Assembly: GCA_938002605.1 (NCBI GenBank)
Contig: CALLAF010000025.1
Coordinates: 56,638 to 120,637 of the forward strand
Reading direction: 5' to 3'
Source of the DNA: an uncultured Rhodobacteraceae bacterium
Lineage (GTDB): Bacteria; Pseudomonadota; Alphaproteobacteria; Rhodobacterales; Rhodobacteraceae
Length of the DNA: 64,000 nucleotides
Notes under the pieces: generated by a model
The model's database searches: none
What the model was told of the DNA's origin: nothing
What the model saw: the letters and a program-made list of their open reading frames with translations, nothing else
Shown: piece after piece, positions 16,720 to 26,584 of the stretch
Layout: each line of letters begins with the position of its first letter
Position numbering within the stretch: position 1 is the first letter of the stretch
Translations under genes and position numbers: made by a program

Positions 16720-17127
16720 TCACGATGACAGATGCGCGACCACACGGCGATGATGCGCAGCATTACGGTGCTCAAAAAGATAAATGCCCTGCCATGTCCC
16801 CAAGGCCAACCTGCCTTCGGTGACCGGAATACTTAGCTGAACGGGTAACAATGCCGCTTTAATATGTGCGGGCATATCGTCTGGCCCTTCATATGTATGG
16901 GTCAAATACGCCATCGTTGGATCCGTGCTCGGCGGCACCAAGCGGTGGAAAAAATTCTGCATATCAACACGCACTTCCGGATCCGCGTTTTCTTGGATCA
17001 AAAGACTGGCTGACGTGTGCTGCACAAAAAGCGTGAGCAAGCCAGACCCACGCACCCATGCAGCCACCTGATCGGTAAATTCGTAAAGCCCCGGACCATT
17101 TGTCGATACTTGGAAAACTGTTTGCAT
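16720..17127 (-). CDS. yjbQ: YjbQ/UPF0047 family protein (secondary thiamine-phosphate synthase)
   Basis: LFVQHTSASLLIQENADPEV and GPDDMPAHIKAAL motifs. Start set at the internal ATG 17127. Confidence 0.85.
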   Translation of the reverse strand: MQTVFQVSTNGPGLYEFTDQVAAWVRGSGLLTLFVQHTSASLLIQENADPEVRVDMQNFFHRLVPPSTDPTMAYLTHTYEGPDDMPAHIKAALLPVQLSIPVTEGRLALGTWQGIYLFEHRNAAHHRRVVAHLSS

Positions 17128-17244
17128 ACAGCCATACTGCGCAAACAAAACAGCAGGTTCAAGACCCGTCACTGAATGCTCAAACCTTGTGACTTGTTCA
17201 AAAACGTGGTTTTCAGCCACTGCAACAACGCAGTGAGATCCAAG

Positions 17245-18822
17245 ATGGCCAAAGCTTCAAAATCCCCGCTCATTCCACAAGCCAAAGAGGCTGAAGCCGC
17301 AGGCCAAAACCAGCTTGCCGAACGTATTTTGCACAAAGCAATCACCAGCACCCCCAAAGACCCGACCGCTTACGCGATGTTAATCCGCCTTTATACGCGC
17401 AAAATGAAAAAGACGGATATGGCGCTCGCACTCCTACCCAAATTGCTGAAGCTCGCACCCCGATCAGCATTGGCCCATGAACTAGCCGCGGAATGTTTTT
17501 GCAAAAAGAGCATGTTCGAAAGCGCAAAAATACACGCGGATCAGACTGTCAAACTGGGCCCAAAGTCACCCGATGGATTATATGTTGCCGCCACAGTATA
17601 TTTCGAAATGGAAGAGTATGCTTCTGCAACAAAGGCCATGGAAGCATGCCTTGCAATTCGGCCGGACCACTTGCCATCACGCCTACTATACGCAAAATCC
17701 CTGCGCGGGGCGGGTGAACTCGCACAATCCGAGGCGATCTGCCGCGAAATTTTTGAAGAATACCCCGACAGCCTTGCGAATTATTCAATCTGGCACCAAG
17801 CCTGCAAAATTACCGCTGATGATCCGATCTATTTACACATCCGCGACACGGTTTACCCAACGATCGTCGAAAAGAAACTGCCGGGTCGCGTCGCCTTGCT
17901 TCGCATACTCGGAAAAGCCGAAAATGATATGGGAAATTTTGAAACCTCGTTTCAATATTACAAGGATGCGAAAGAGATTGCTGGCAAGACCCATGATCGC
18001 GCGGCAAATAAGCTTTTTGTAAACGCAGTCGTTTCAGGTGTATCGCGCGCAGATTATTTCGGAGCCCCCGGCTCTGATAGCGAAAGTCCGGTTCTGGTCG
18101 TCGGCATGCCGCGCACCGGCAGCACATTGCTTGAACAAATTCTATCCAGCCATCCTCAAATCGGCGGCATCGGTGAAAGTAAAAATTTACGAGACGCGGC
18201 AAGCAAGGCGGGCATAAAATTTCATGACGGCGCATCATTGGTGAATGCGATCCACAAGCTCACACCAGAACAAGCGCAAGAGCTTGCAGCAGGCTACCTT
18301 CAAAAATCCAATGACGCACAGCCGGGCATGCTCCGTATCGTTGATAAAAACCTGCACAATTTTGAAATCTTGGGATTCTATGCAAAGCTGTTCCCAAAGG
18401 CACGCATTCTCAATGCATTGCGCGATCCGATGGACAATTGTGTGTCATGCTATCTTGCGCCGCTCAGCAAGTTTCACAGCTACACGCAGGACCTGACATC
18501 GCTTGGCCAATATTACTCCGAATTCCGTCGACTGATGGACCACTGGAAAAAGGTACTGCCAAACCCGATCATGGAGGTGCACTACGAAGACGTCGTCGCT
18601 GATACCGAAGGCAAAGCGCGCGAAGTCATCGACTTCCTCGGCCTTGAATGGGATCCAGCCTGTCTTTCGTTCCAAGAAAATGAAAACCAAGCGCGCACAA
18701 TCTCGACGTGGCAAGTGCGCCAACCGATCTACAAAAGCTCGGTCAAACGCTGGGCACGCTACGAACAGCACCTTGACCCGCTGAAGGCCGAACTTAAGCA
18801 ATTCTATCCGGACGGTTTTTGA
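17245..18822 (+). CDS. TPR-repeat protein fused to a PAPS-dependent sulfotransferase domain
   Basis: The N-terminal ~250 aa are TPR-like helices. The C-terminal domain has the 5'-PSB loop MPRTGSTLLEQILSSHP and RDPMDNCVS (3'-PB-like). Confidence 0.8.
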   Translation: MAKASKSPLIPQAKEAEAAGQNQLAERILHKAITSTPKDPTAYAMLIRLYTRKMKKTDMALALLPKLLKLAPRSALAHELAAECFCKKSMFESAKIHADQTVKLGPKSPDGLYVAATVYFEMEEYASATKAMEACLAIRPDHLPSRLLYAKSLRGAGELAQSEAICREIFEEYPDSLANYSIWHQACKITADDPIYLHIRDTVYPTIVEKKLPGRVALLRILGKAENDMGNFETSFQYYKDAKEIAGKTHDRAANKLFVNAVVSGVSRADYFGAPGSDSESPVLVVGMPRTGSTLLEQILSSHPQIGGIGESKNLRDAASKAGIKFHDGASLVNAIHKLTPEQAQELAAGYLQKSNDAQPGMLRIVDKNLHNFEILGFYAKLFPKARILNALRDPMDNCVSCYLAPLSKFHSYTQDLTSLGQYYSEFRRLMDHWKKVLPNPIMEVHYEDVVADTEGKAREVIDFLGLEWDPACLSFQENENQARTISTWQVRQPIYKSSVKRWARYEQHLDPLKAELKQFYPDGF

Positions 18823-18887
18823 TATCAGGGCGGATCAATAGCGCAGAGGGTCACAATCTTACTACGATTATTGTGACCCCTATACTC

Positions 18888-19361
18888 TTAGACCCTATAG
18901 TCGACAATTGGGCTTGAGGTATCGAGCCCGGCATCTTCGAGTGCTTGTGTCAACATTGTTCCGAAATCAACATCTTCGTCGTTGGCATCCACCGACGCCT
19001 GAAGTTGCTCTACGACCGACTGCAACGTAGCAATGGCAGCCTCATCAGGGCCTTTGGGACCACCACCCGGTGGTGGAGGCGGGCGATCACCTTTGCCTAC
19101 AGCGCCACCGATCCCGGCCAGCTCTGCCAATTCGCGAGCATCGATTCCGACGTCATCCAATGCCGAAGCAAGCCCTTGCCCTTTCGTGATACCAAGTTCC
19201 TCAATTTGCGATACAATTTCCTTTGCATCACTATCGGACAGGTTTTCAGCGTCGTAGTTGGACAGCACGTCGTCCAACCCCTGTTTTTGTGCGTCCGTCA
19301 AACTTTGGGCCTTTGAGCTCATCCCGGCCATTGTCGGCATGCCACCTTGGATCGTGTTCAT
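18888..19361 (-). CDS. acidic hypothetical protein with a Pro/Gly linker
   Basis: 157 aa, rich in D/E. Central GDRPPPPPGGGPKGPD separates two helical acidic halves. ATG with an upstream GGAAA. Confidence 0.55.
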   Translation of the reverse strand: MNTIQGGMPTMAGMSSKAQSLTDAQKQGLDDVLSNYDAENLSDSDAKEIVSQIEELGITKGQGLASALDDVGIDARELAELAGIGGAVGKGDRPPPPPGGGPKGPDEAAIATLQSVVEQLQASVDANDEDVDFGTMLTQALEDAGLDTSSPIVDYRV

Positions 19362-19544
19362 GGGTCTTTTCCATTTCCGCTATCTATCTCATCTCACCTC
19401 AATCAATCTATAAAAAGAAAGTTACGCCGATATTACGATCTGCGGGTACAAGACACTCAAAATGTAGCGAAGTTTAATAATAATGCCGCTGCTCCACTGG
19501 ACCTAAGATTTATGCTTGGATTTCAATGTGCCTAGGGATTAGCA

Positions 19545-20261
19545 ATGGCACGAACAGGTCAGGAACTACACATGTTTGCAAAAGAAAAAATGTCCTACAA
19601 TGCCATGCCGTTGCCCGATCATTTAGGGTTAACGGATGCCGAAGCACAGCGGGCGGCCAGTGATTTTCGGGCCTTCATGGCCAAACGCCACTCTGTACGT
19701 GATTTCACCGATCGACCCGTCCCGCGCGAAGTCATCGAAGACTGCTTGATGACGGCAGGCAGCGCACCGTCAGGGGCCAATCATCAGCCGTGGTTCTTTG
19801 CCGCTGTATCTAACCCGGCCCTCAAAGCGCGTATTCGTGAGGAGGCCGAAGTTGAAGAACGCAAATTCTATGACGGTGGCGGCAGCGACGAATGGATCAA
19901 GGCGTTAGAGCCGATTGGCACCAATGCCGACAAGCCACATCTAACAACCGCGCCCTGGCTCATCGTGATCTTTGCGCAGCGCTGGGGCGAATTCGACGAT
20001 GGGACGCGGTACAAAAACTATTACGTCCCCGAAAGCGTCGGCATCGCGACTGGCTTCCTGATCACAGCATTGCACAACGCCGGGCTGTCATGCCTCACAC
20101 ATACGCCCAACCCGATGAAATTCCTGAACGCCGCGCTTGATCGGCCGGATTCTGAAAAACCAGTGATGATCCTGACCGTTGGGCACGCTTCAAAGGAAGC
20201 AACGGTGCCCGCAGTGGCGAAATACAAAAAACCGCTCAAAAAAATTGCACGGTTCTACTAA
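19545..20261 (+). CDS. nitroreductase-superfamily flavoprotein, iodotyrosine deiodinase (IYD)-like dehalogenase
   Basis: Aligns by eye with animal IYD across the protein: TAGSAPSGANHQPWFF, YYVPESVGIATGFLITALHNAGL, VGHASKEATVPAVAKYKKPL. Confidence 0.75.
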   Translation: MARTGQELHMFAKEKMSYNAMPLPDHLGLTDAEAQRAASDFRAFMAKRHSVRDFTDRPVPREVIEDCLMTAGSAPSGANHQPWFFAAVSNPALKARIREEAEVEERKFYDGGGSDEWIKALEPIGTNADKPHLTTAPWLIVIFAQRWGEFDDGTRYKNYYVPESVGIATGFLITALHNAGLSCLTHTPNPMKFLNAALDRPDSEKPVMILTVGHASKEATVPAVAKYKKPLKKIARFY

Positions 20262-20411
20262 TCCTCATACCTAGGCAACTCTTGGCCGTCGCAACATTGA
20301 ATTCAGCGGCGGCCTGCCGATCCGACGATTCGTGCGCCAGGCATATTGCCACACCTCCCAACCCTATGAATTTTATAGGGAAAGCAAACTATCACGGGTT
20401 GGTGATTCTAG

Positions 20412-21038
20412 ATGCAGCAAGAAATAATTGACGTCATTCGGGTTGTTCACTTGGCATGTTTCGCTGTTGGAATGGGATCGGGCGTTTATTTTGACTTCCG
20501 GACGCTAAGCCGCCTCAATAGCCCCTTTGATGATTTTGATATTCTCGAATTTGAGCGGGTTCACAAAGTTGTCTTTGCAGCCTTACTTGGGCTTTGGATC
20601 ACAGGTGTTATGTTGATCTATATCCGCACGGGTTTCGATCTTGATAATTTCTCACCAAAACTGATCCTCAAACTGGCTGTTGTGACTGTCTTGACGTTAA
20701 ACGCCTTCTACATTGGCCTATCGGTTCTGCCGCGTGTGGCTGCTGCGGTGGGGCACCGCGCCTGCGAGCTGCCATTGCGTTACATGATGCCAATGACCTT
20801 TGCTGCGGCGCTATCGATGTTTTGTTGGCTTGGCGGTTTGATTTTGGGTGCCAGCGTGGTCCTGAAAACTGCGGATTGGACGATGTTGGTAACCTTCTTC
20901 TCTTGGCAGTTTATAATCGTTGTTGTCGGTGCCATTGCCGGGTTTGTGGCGCTGCGCGCTTCGCTCCAGCTTTATAATATTTTGCTGACACATCGGATGA
21001 ACCGCCGCACCGACGCCGCGATTTTTCAGAACCGCTAA
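20412..21038 (+). CDS. hypothetical polytopic membrane protein
   Basis: 208 aa with about 5 hydrophobic segments and no recognisable motif. Confidence 0.6.
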   Translation: MQQEIIDVIRVVHLACFAVGMGSGVYFDFRTLSRLNSPFDDFDILEFERVHKVVFAALLGLWITGVMLIYIRTGFDLDNFSPKLILKLAVVTVLTLNAFYIGLSVLPRVAAAVGHRACELPLRYMMPMTFAAALSMFCWLGGLILGASVVLKTADWTMLVTFFSWQFIIVVVGAIAGFVALRASLQLYNILLTHRMNRRTDAAIFQNR

Positions 21039-21058
21039 CCCCTGCCCAACGCTACGGG

Positions 21059-21331
21059 TTAACGGAAAATGCTGTCGCCCTGTTGGTCGATAACCACGCG
21101 GGCTTTGGTTGCGGCTTCCTTGCACGCAATGTCTTCGCTTTCGAGCAGGTCTGCGCGGATGAGGTGATGCATCTTTACCTCGCCGTCGATTTCCTTTTCA
21201 ATCTTCGCTGCCAGGCGAAATTTTCCGCCCTCAGAGATCGGCTCCGGGGTGATTGTGTAGCCGTTGTATTCTTCCGAAGGGATCACTGCAGGCGCAGCAC
21301 TGCCGCCGAAAAGGCGTTTGAGAAGGGACAT
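21059..21331 (-). CDS. small HlyU-like (PF10115-type) protein
   Basis: The internal ATG at 21331 follows GGAGCTAACCTT. MSLLKRLFGG...EEYNGYTITPEPISEGGKFRLAAKIEKEIDGEVKMHHLIRAD resembles the family annotated as HlyU in Rhodobacteraceae (from memory). Confidence 0.55.
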   Translation of the reverse strand: MSLLKRLFGGSAAPAVIPSEEYNGYTITPEPISEGGKFRLAAKIEKEIDGEVKMHHLIRADLLESEDIACKEAATKARVVIDQQGDSIFR

Positions 21332-21522
21332 AAGGTTAGCTCCGTTTTTTTTCGGTTTCTTACCGTACCGTCCAAGCGACAATAGCGAAAGAAGTCAGTT
21401 TCCAATCACAATCAATCAGCCTGAACAACTATGGCCATACGACGAGCACATAAACCATTTGGGTCGAGGTTACCTACCGCACCAAGGATCAATCTGAATT
21501 TACCGCACCATTCTAAACCTTA

Positions 21523-22071
21523 CTAAGGTTGTACACTTGAAACGACCCGTTGAATCTCCACGATTGGCACGGGGTGAGCTCGAAAATATGAAGGTCTATC
21601 CTCCATCTCCATTATCAGATTGAAAATATTGGCTAAATACCGATCTCTTGAAGGAGGTTTTTGCTCTTTAGACCATTTAACAAATTGCAGACTATCACAG
21701 CGGCTTTCGACATACGGCTCATCAAAACTTATTGTCGCACGATGAGCAAACTTGTTACGAATCTGCGTCAAAATCTTCAATGTGTCCCGTTCATCTTGGG
21801 AAATGAGGCCTAAAGAAAGACATAAATCAGCAACTGTCGAAGACCGCATGTTCGAAACCAGCTTTTCCATATTAGCTGTATTTTGCGCATAGGCGACTAA
21901 TATTTCTTGTAAAATCTCATCCAAAAAAGCTGACCCTACGATCACCGCTCCACGGTCACTTTCAGCGCTCAGTTCATCAATAATTTTTTTGAGGTTGTTG
22001 TAGGCGGCATCACCAGCCCCCAGCACCACAAACCGTTTAGTCTTTTCTTGAGAGGGCCAGTACTCTAGCAT
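21523..22071 (-). CDS. MtlR/MltR-like helical-domain protein (function unknown)
   Basis: 182 aa in a conspicuously AT-rich stretch. ESDRGAVIVGSAFLDEILQEIL and LGLISQDERDTLKILTQIRNKFAH fit the mannitol-repressor-like fold family. Own SD (GGAG). Confidence 0.6.
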   Translation of the reverse strand: MLEYWPSQEKTKRFVVLGAGDAAYNNLKKIIDELSAESDRGAVIVGSAFLDEILQEILVAYAQNTANMEKLVSNMRSSTVADLCLSLGLISQDERDTLKILTQIRNKFAHRATISFDEPYVESRCDSLQFVKWSKEQKPPSRDRYLANIFNLIMEMEDRPSYFRAHPVPIVEIQRVVSSVQP

Positions 22072-22090
22072 AATTTATGCTCCACGCTTC

Positions 22091-22123
22091 CAAAACAAAA
22101 ACGCCCCCGTTTCCGGAGGCGCC
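22091..22123 (-). terminator. rho-independent terminator downstream of rpoD
   Basis: Reverse strand reads CGCCUCCG-GAAA-CGGGGGCG followed by UUUUUGUUUUG. An A-run on the other side makes it potentially bidirectional. Confidence 0.6.
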
Positions 22124-22130
22124 TTTTTAG

Positions 22131-24104
22131 CTATTGATCCAAGAAGCTCCGCAGCTTCCTACTCCGGCTTGGGTGTTTCAACTTCCGCAGGGCTTTCGCT
22201 TCGATTTGACGGATACGTTCGCGCGTTACGCTGAATTGTTGGCCGACTTCTTCAAGCGTGTGGTCGGTGTTCATGCCGATCCCGAAACGCATGCGCAGCA
22301 CGCGTTCTTCGCGTGGGGTCAATGACGCCAGCACCCGCGTTGTGGTTTCTTTCAGGTTTTCCTGAATGGCTGAATCCAACGGCAAGATCGCGTTTTTGTC
22401 TTCGATGAAATCGCCAAGCTGTGAATCTTCTTCGTCACCGATTGGCGTTTCCAAGGAAATCGGCTCTTTCGCGATTTTCATAACCTTGCGGACTTTTTCC
22501 AAAGGCATTTGCAGTTTCTCTGCCAATTCCTCAGGGGTGGGTTCGCGGCCAATTTCGTGCAGCATTTGGCGACCGGTACGGACCAATTTGTTGATCGTTT
22601 CGATCATATGCACCGGAATACGGATCGTGCGCGCCTGATCCGCGATAGAGCGCGTGATCGCCTGACGGATCCACCATGTCGCATAGGTCGAGAATTTATA
22701 GCCGCGGCGATATTCAAACTTATCAACCGCTTTCATCAGGCCAATGTTCCCTTCTTGGATCAAATCCAAGAACTGCAAACCACGGTTGGTGTATTTTTTG
22801 GCGATTGAGATCACGAGCCGCAGGTTGGCTTCGACCATTTCTTTCTTGGCCTGACGCGCCTCTTTTTCACCTTTTTGTACTTGCTGCACAATGCGGCGGA
22901 ATTCGGTGATGTCGACGCCGACGTATTGACCGACTTGGGCCATGTCGCCGCGCAGTTCTTCGATTTTGTCTGTCGATTTCTCGATCATCATCTGCCAGCC
23001 ACGGCCAGCCTTTTCGCCCATTTCTTCGAGCCAGTTCGGGTCAAGTTCGCGACCACGGTAAGCGTCGATGAATTCACGGCGGTTGATCCGGGCTTGGTCG
23101 GCGAGCTTCACCATCGCACTGTCAATCGACATGATCCGACGGTTGATGCCGTAAAGCTGGTCAATCAGGGCTTCGATACGGTTGTTGTGCAGGTGAAGCG
23201 AATTCACCATCAGCACGATTTCTGACCGCAGCTTTTGGTATTTCGCTTCTTGTTTTTCATTGAACGATGAATCTTCGTTCAGCGTTGCAGACATCCGCGC
23301 ATCTTGCATTTCAGACAGTTCGCCAAAATCATGTGCGATGACTTCAAGCGTTTCAAGCACACGCGGCTTGAGCGCGGCTTCCATCGCGGCGAGCGACATA
23401 TTTGCCTGATCTTCATCGTCATCATCATCGTCTTTGGCAATCGGGTTGCCATCGGCGTCCAGCTCTTGCGGCTTTTCGGTTTTCTCTGGCGTGCCAGCGA
23501 CCGGGGCGACAACAGGTTCTTCGTCCTCGCCGATCTGATTGCCAAATGTGGTCTCAAGATCGATCACATCGCGCAGCAAAATATCTTCGGACAAAAGTTC
23601 GTCGCGCCAGATCGTAATCGCTTGGAAGGTCAGCGGGCTTTCACACAGCCCAAGGATCATCGTGTTGCGCCCGGCCTCGATCCGTTTGGCAATCGCGATT
23701 TCACCTTCGCGCGACAGCAGTTCAACCGACCCCATTTCGCGCAGGTACATGCGCACAGGGTCGTCAGTGCGGTCTAGCTTTTCGGCTTCGGCACCGCCAA
23801 GGGCGACTTCGCGCGACCCAGCCACAGTGGCCACTTCGGTGCCAGCTTGGTTTTCTTCGGTCTCTTCGGATTCTTCTTCTTCTGTGACTTGGATGCCCAT
23901 TTCAGACAACATCGACATCACGTCTTCGATCTGATCGGATGATACCTGTTCAGGTGGCAGCACCGCGTTCAACTGATCATAAGTGATGTAGCCCCGCTCG
24001 CGCGCATCGGCGATCATTTTCTTGACCGCAGCTTGGCTCATATCAAGGCTGATATCGCCGTCTTGGTCCGCATTCTTACGATCGTCGTTGTCTTTCGCAG
24101 CCAT
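22131..24104 (-). CDS. rpoD: RNA polymerase primary sigma factor RpoD
   Basis: Sigma-70 regions 1.1-4.2 are present, including the RpoD box [33 protein letters not shown]. The track start is TTG; the true ATG is at 24104. Confidence 0.97.
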   Translation of the reverse strand: MAAKDNDDRKNADQDGDISLDMSQAAVKKMIADARERGYITYDQLNAVLPPEQVSSDQIEDVMSMLSEMGIQVTEEEESEETEENQAGTEVATVAGSREVALGGAEAEKLDRTDDPVRMYLREMGSVELLSREGEIAIAKRIEAGRNTMILGLCESPLTFQAITIWRDELLSEDILLRDVIDLETTFGNQIGEDEEPVVAPVAGTPEKTEKPQELDADGNPIAKDDDDDDEDQANMSLAAMEAALKPRVLETLEVIAHDFGELSEMQDARMSATLNEDSSFNEKQEAKYQKLRSEIVLMVNSLHLHNNRIEALIDQLYGINRRIMSIDSAMVKLADQARINRREFIDAYRGRELDPNWLEEMGEKAGRGWQMMIEKSTDKIEELRGDMAQVGQYVGVDITEFRRIVQQVQKGEKEARQAKKEMVEANLRLVISIAKKYTNRGLQFLDLIQEGNIGLMKAVDKFEYRRGYKFSTYATWWIRQAITRSIADQARTIRIPVHMIETINKLVRTGRQMLHEIGREPTPEELAEKLQMPLEKVRKVMKIAKEPISLETPIGDEEDSQLGDFIEDKNAILPLDSAIQENLKETTTRVLASLTPREERVLRMRFGIGMNTDHTLEEVGQQFSVTRERIRQIEAKALRKLKHPSRSRKLRSFLDQ

Positions 24105-24228
24105 CAAAAGGACCTTTCAAAGTCGTCGTTTCCGCGCCGAAGTGATTCGGCTGATTCGGTTAGCGTCGAATCAAACCTGCATTGCACTGATTCGCAAGCA
24201 GATCGCGCCTTGTTTTCAAAGTATGTTG

Positions 24229-26199
24229 CTATTCGGGCTTTGGGCCATCACCATCGCCGCCCATACCAATCTGCGCAAGCAGCTGGTCAAGGGCTGTGAT
24301 CTCGTCTTTCTTCAATCTCGCACCGTTCTTATGCACCGAATATTCAGCCTTATCATCGCCATCACCGCGCCCAGCCCGTTCCAGCGCAGCAGAGGCCTGC
24401 GCCAAGCGCCAAGTCAGCCCCTCATCCGCGATTCCCGATAGGTCTTCGACCGCATCTTCGATTTCACGCGCCTGCCCTAAACGCGCATTCAACTTGGCGA
24501 ATTCTTCCGCCAAGCACATCCGGGCGATTTCATCATCACCCGCGCGTCGAATGGCAGGGTTGATAGCGACATGGCGCTGCGTCATCAGATTTTCAAGAAC
24601 CACCGGGCCAAAAGCTTCATAAATGACGTCACGCAAATCTTGGGCACCCATATTTCGCAACAAACAGGTCTGAATGTCACTGTGTGTTTGGTCACGACAT
24701 TGGAGCTGTTCAAGCGCCATTTCAAATTCCAACGCCACACCGGGGTTTGCAATGATTGTGGCAAGGATCACGACCTCGCGCAGATAGTCTTCTTGCGCAG
24801 CTCCAGTGCCGAGCACTGAATTCTTGCTGCTAACGGCCGGGCTAATGTCACGCTGCCATGCGGCCTGTTTGCCGGGGGTCCATTTGCGTTGCGGGCTTTG
24901 CGTGCGGCTGGGGCGCCGATTGCTAAATAAATCCCAACGCAGCTCTTTGATCGCTTCACCGTAATGCGCCCGAATAGATGGGTCGGCGATCAGTTTAATC
25001 TTTTCGCGCAAAGCCTTATCAAGCGCAGCTTTACGTTCGGGGCTATCATAGACGCGGCCCGCGGTTTCGCGTTGCCACAACAATTGCACCATTGGAATCG
25101 CACCATCGAGCAGCTTTTGCATCGCGCCAGCCCCCTGCGATTTGATCAGATCATCGGGGTCTAAACCCTCCGGCATCAGCGCAAAACGCAAAGACTTTCC
25201 CGCCTCAAGCAAGGGCAACGCAATATCAATCACCCGCATGGCCGCGCGCAGCCCGGCCTTATCGCCATCCAATGCGATGATCGGCTCATCCGCGATCCGC
25301 CACAAAAGGCGCAGCTGATTGTCCGTGATCGCTGTGCCCAACGGGGCGACTGTGGCTGTGAACCCTGCCTCTGACAAGGCAATCACATCCATGTAGCCTT
25401 CGGCAACGATTAGCGGCTTCCCCTTACCCGCGGCCTCGCGGGCCGGCCCGTGGTTATACAGGCTGCGCCCCTTGTCGAACAAATCCGTTTCGGGTGAATT
25501 GTAATATTTCGCCGGGTGGCTTGGGTCCATCGCCCGACCGCCAAAGCCAATCGCACGCCCGCGCGCATCACGGATTGGAAACATAATCCGATCACGGAAC
25601 CGGTTATAGAGCCCATTCCCGCGATCACTTTGCGCAGCTAAGCCCGCGTCAATAATCAGTTTCTCGTCAACGCCTTTGCCTTTGAGGTGTTCAAGCACCC
25701 CACCCTGCGCCGGGGCAAAACCAATATCCCAGCGCGACTGCGCTTCTGGGTTAAGACCACGCCGTTCAAGGTAATCGCGAGCCTCTGCGGCAACCCCAGT
25801 TTGCAATTGCATTCGGTGAAACTGCACCGCTTGTTCCATTACCTCGACAAGCTGCGTGCGCCGGTCCGATTTTTGCTGGGCTTGCGGGTCGCTCGCGGGG
25901 ACCTGCATCCCGGCTTCACCCGCCAGAATGCGCACGGCCTCCATAAAATCGACGTTCTCGGTTTCGCGCACGAACGTAATTGCATCACCCTTGGCGTGGC
26001 AGCCAAAGCAATAATAAAATCCTTTACGATCATCGACATGAAAGCTGGCAGATTTTTCTTGGTGGAACGGGCATGGCGCCCACATGTCGCCTTTGCCCTG
26101 GTTCGACTTGCGCGTGTCCCACATGACTTTGCGCCCCACCACCTGCGTCAAGGACAGTCGGGTCCGCAATTCATCAAGAAAGCCGGGCGGTAAACTCAT
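24229..26199 (-). CDS. dnaG: DNA primase DnaG
   Basis: Zinc finger CPFHQEKSASFHV...YYCFGCHAKGD and a TOPRIM domain (EGYMDVIAL, DGDKAG). Start at ATG 26199. Confidence 0.95.
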   Translation of the reverse strand: MSLPPGFLDELRTRLSLTQVVGRKVMWDTRKSNQGKGDMWAPCPFHQEKSASFHVDDRKGFYYCFGCHAKGDAITFVRETENVDFMEAVRILAGEAGMQVPASDPQAQQKSDRRTQLVEVMEQAVQFHRMQLQTGVAAEARDYLERRGLNPEAQSRWDIGFAPAQGGVLEHLKGKGVDEKLIIDAGLAAQSDRGNGLYNRFRDRIMFPIRDARGRAIGFGGRAMDPSHPAKYYNSPETDLFDKGRSLYNHGPAREAAGKGKPLIVAEGYMDVIALSEAGFTATVAPLGTAITDNQLRLLWRIADEPIIALDGDKAGLRAAMRVIDIALPLLEAGKSLRFALMPEGLDPDDLIKSQGAGAMQKLLDGAIPMVQLLWQRETAGRVYDSPERKAALDKALREKIKLIADPSIRAHYGEAIKELRWDLFSNRRPSRTQSPQRKWTPGKQAAWQRDISPAVSSKNSVLGTGAAQEDYLREVVILATIIANPGVALEFEMALEQLQCRDQTHSDIQTCLLRNMGAQDLRDVIYEAFGPVVLENLMTQRHVAINPAIRRAGDDEIARMCLAEEFAKLNARLGQAREIEDAVEDLSGIADEGLTWRLAQASAALERAGRGDGDDKAEYSVHKNGARLKKDEITALDQLLAQIGMGGDGDGPKPE

Positions 26200-26584
26200 G
26201 CCCTGATTATCGCGCAGATTCGCGCCGATTACCATCTCCCGATACGCCGCCCGCAAACGTTCCATTTCCGCCGACGCCGAATCATAGAATCAAGGGCAAA
26301 TAGGGACACGATGCGCGAACCCAGAAGCGAAATGGCAACAATTTGCCGACCGTACAATCGCACAAATAGCAAAAAATGGAAACAATTCACCAGATCGCCA
26401 CATATTGAACAAATTTATTGGCGATCAAGACACCAAATCGTCAATCAGCGCCACAATTTCGCCATGTCCCTTTTTGGGTTTTATTAACGATTATGCAGCG
26501 TGGTCAGATTGTCGTATAAGTAGCTTGGTATTTTTTGCCATGGGGATATATCAGCCGATGACCAATAGAATTCAAAAACCAAAG

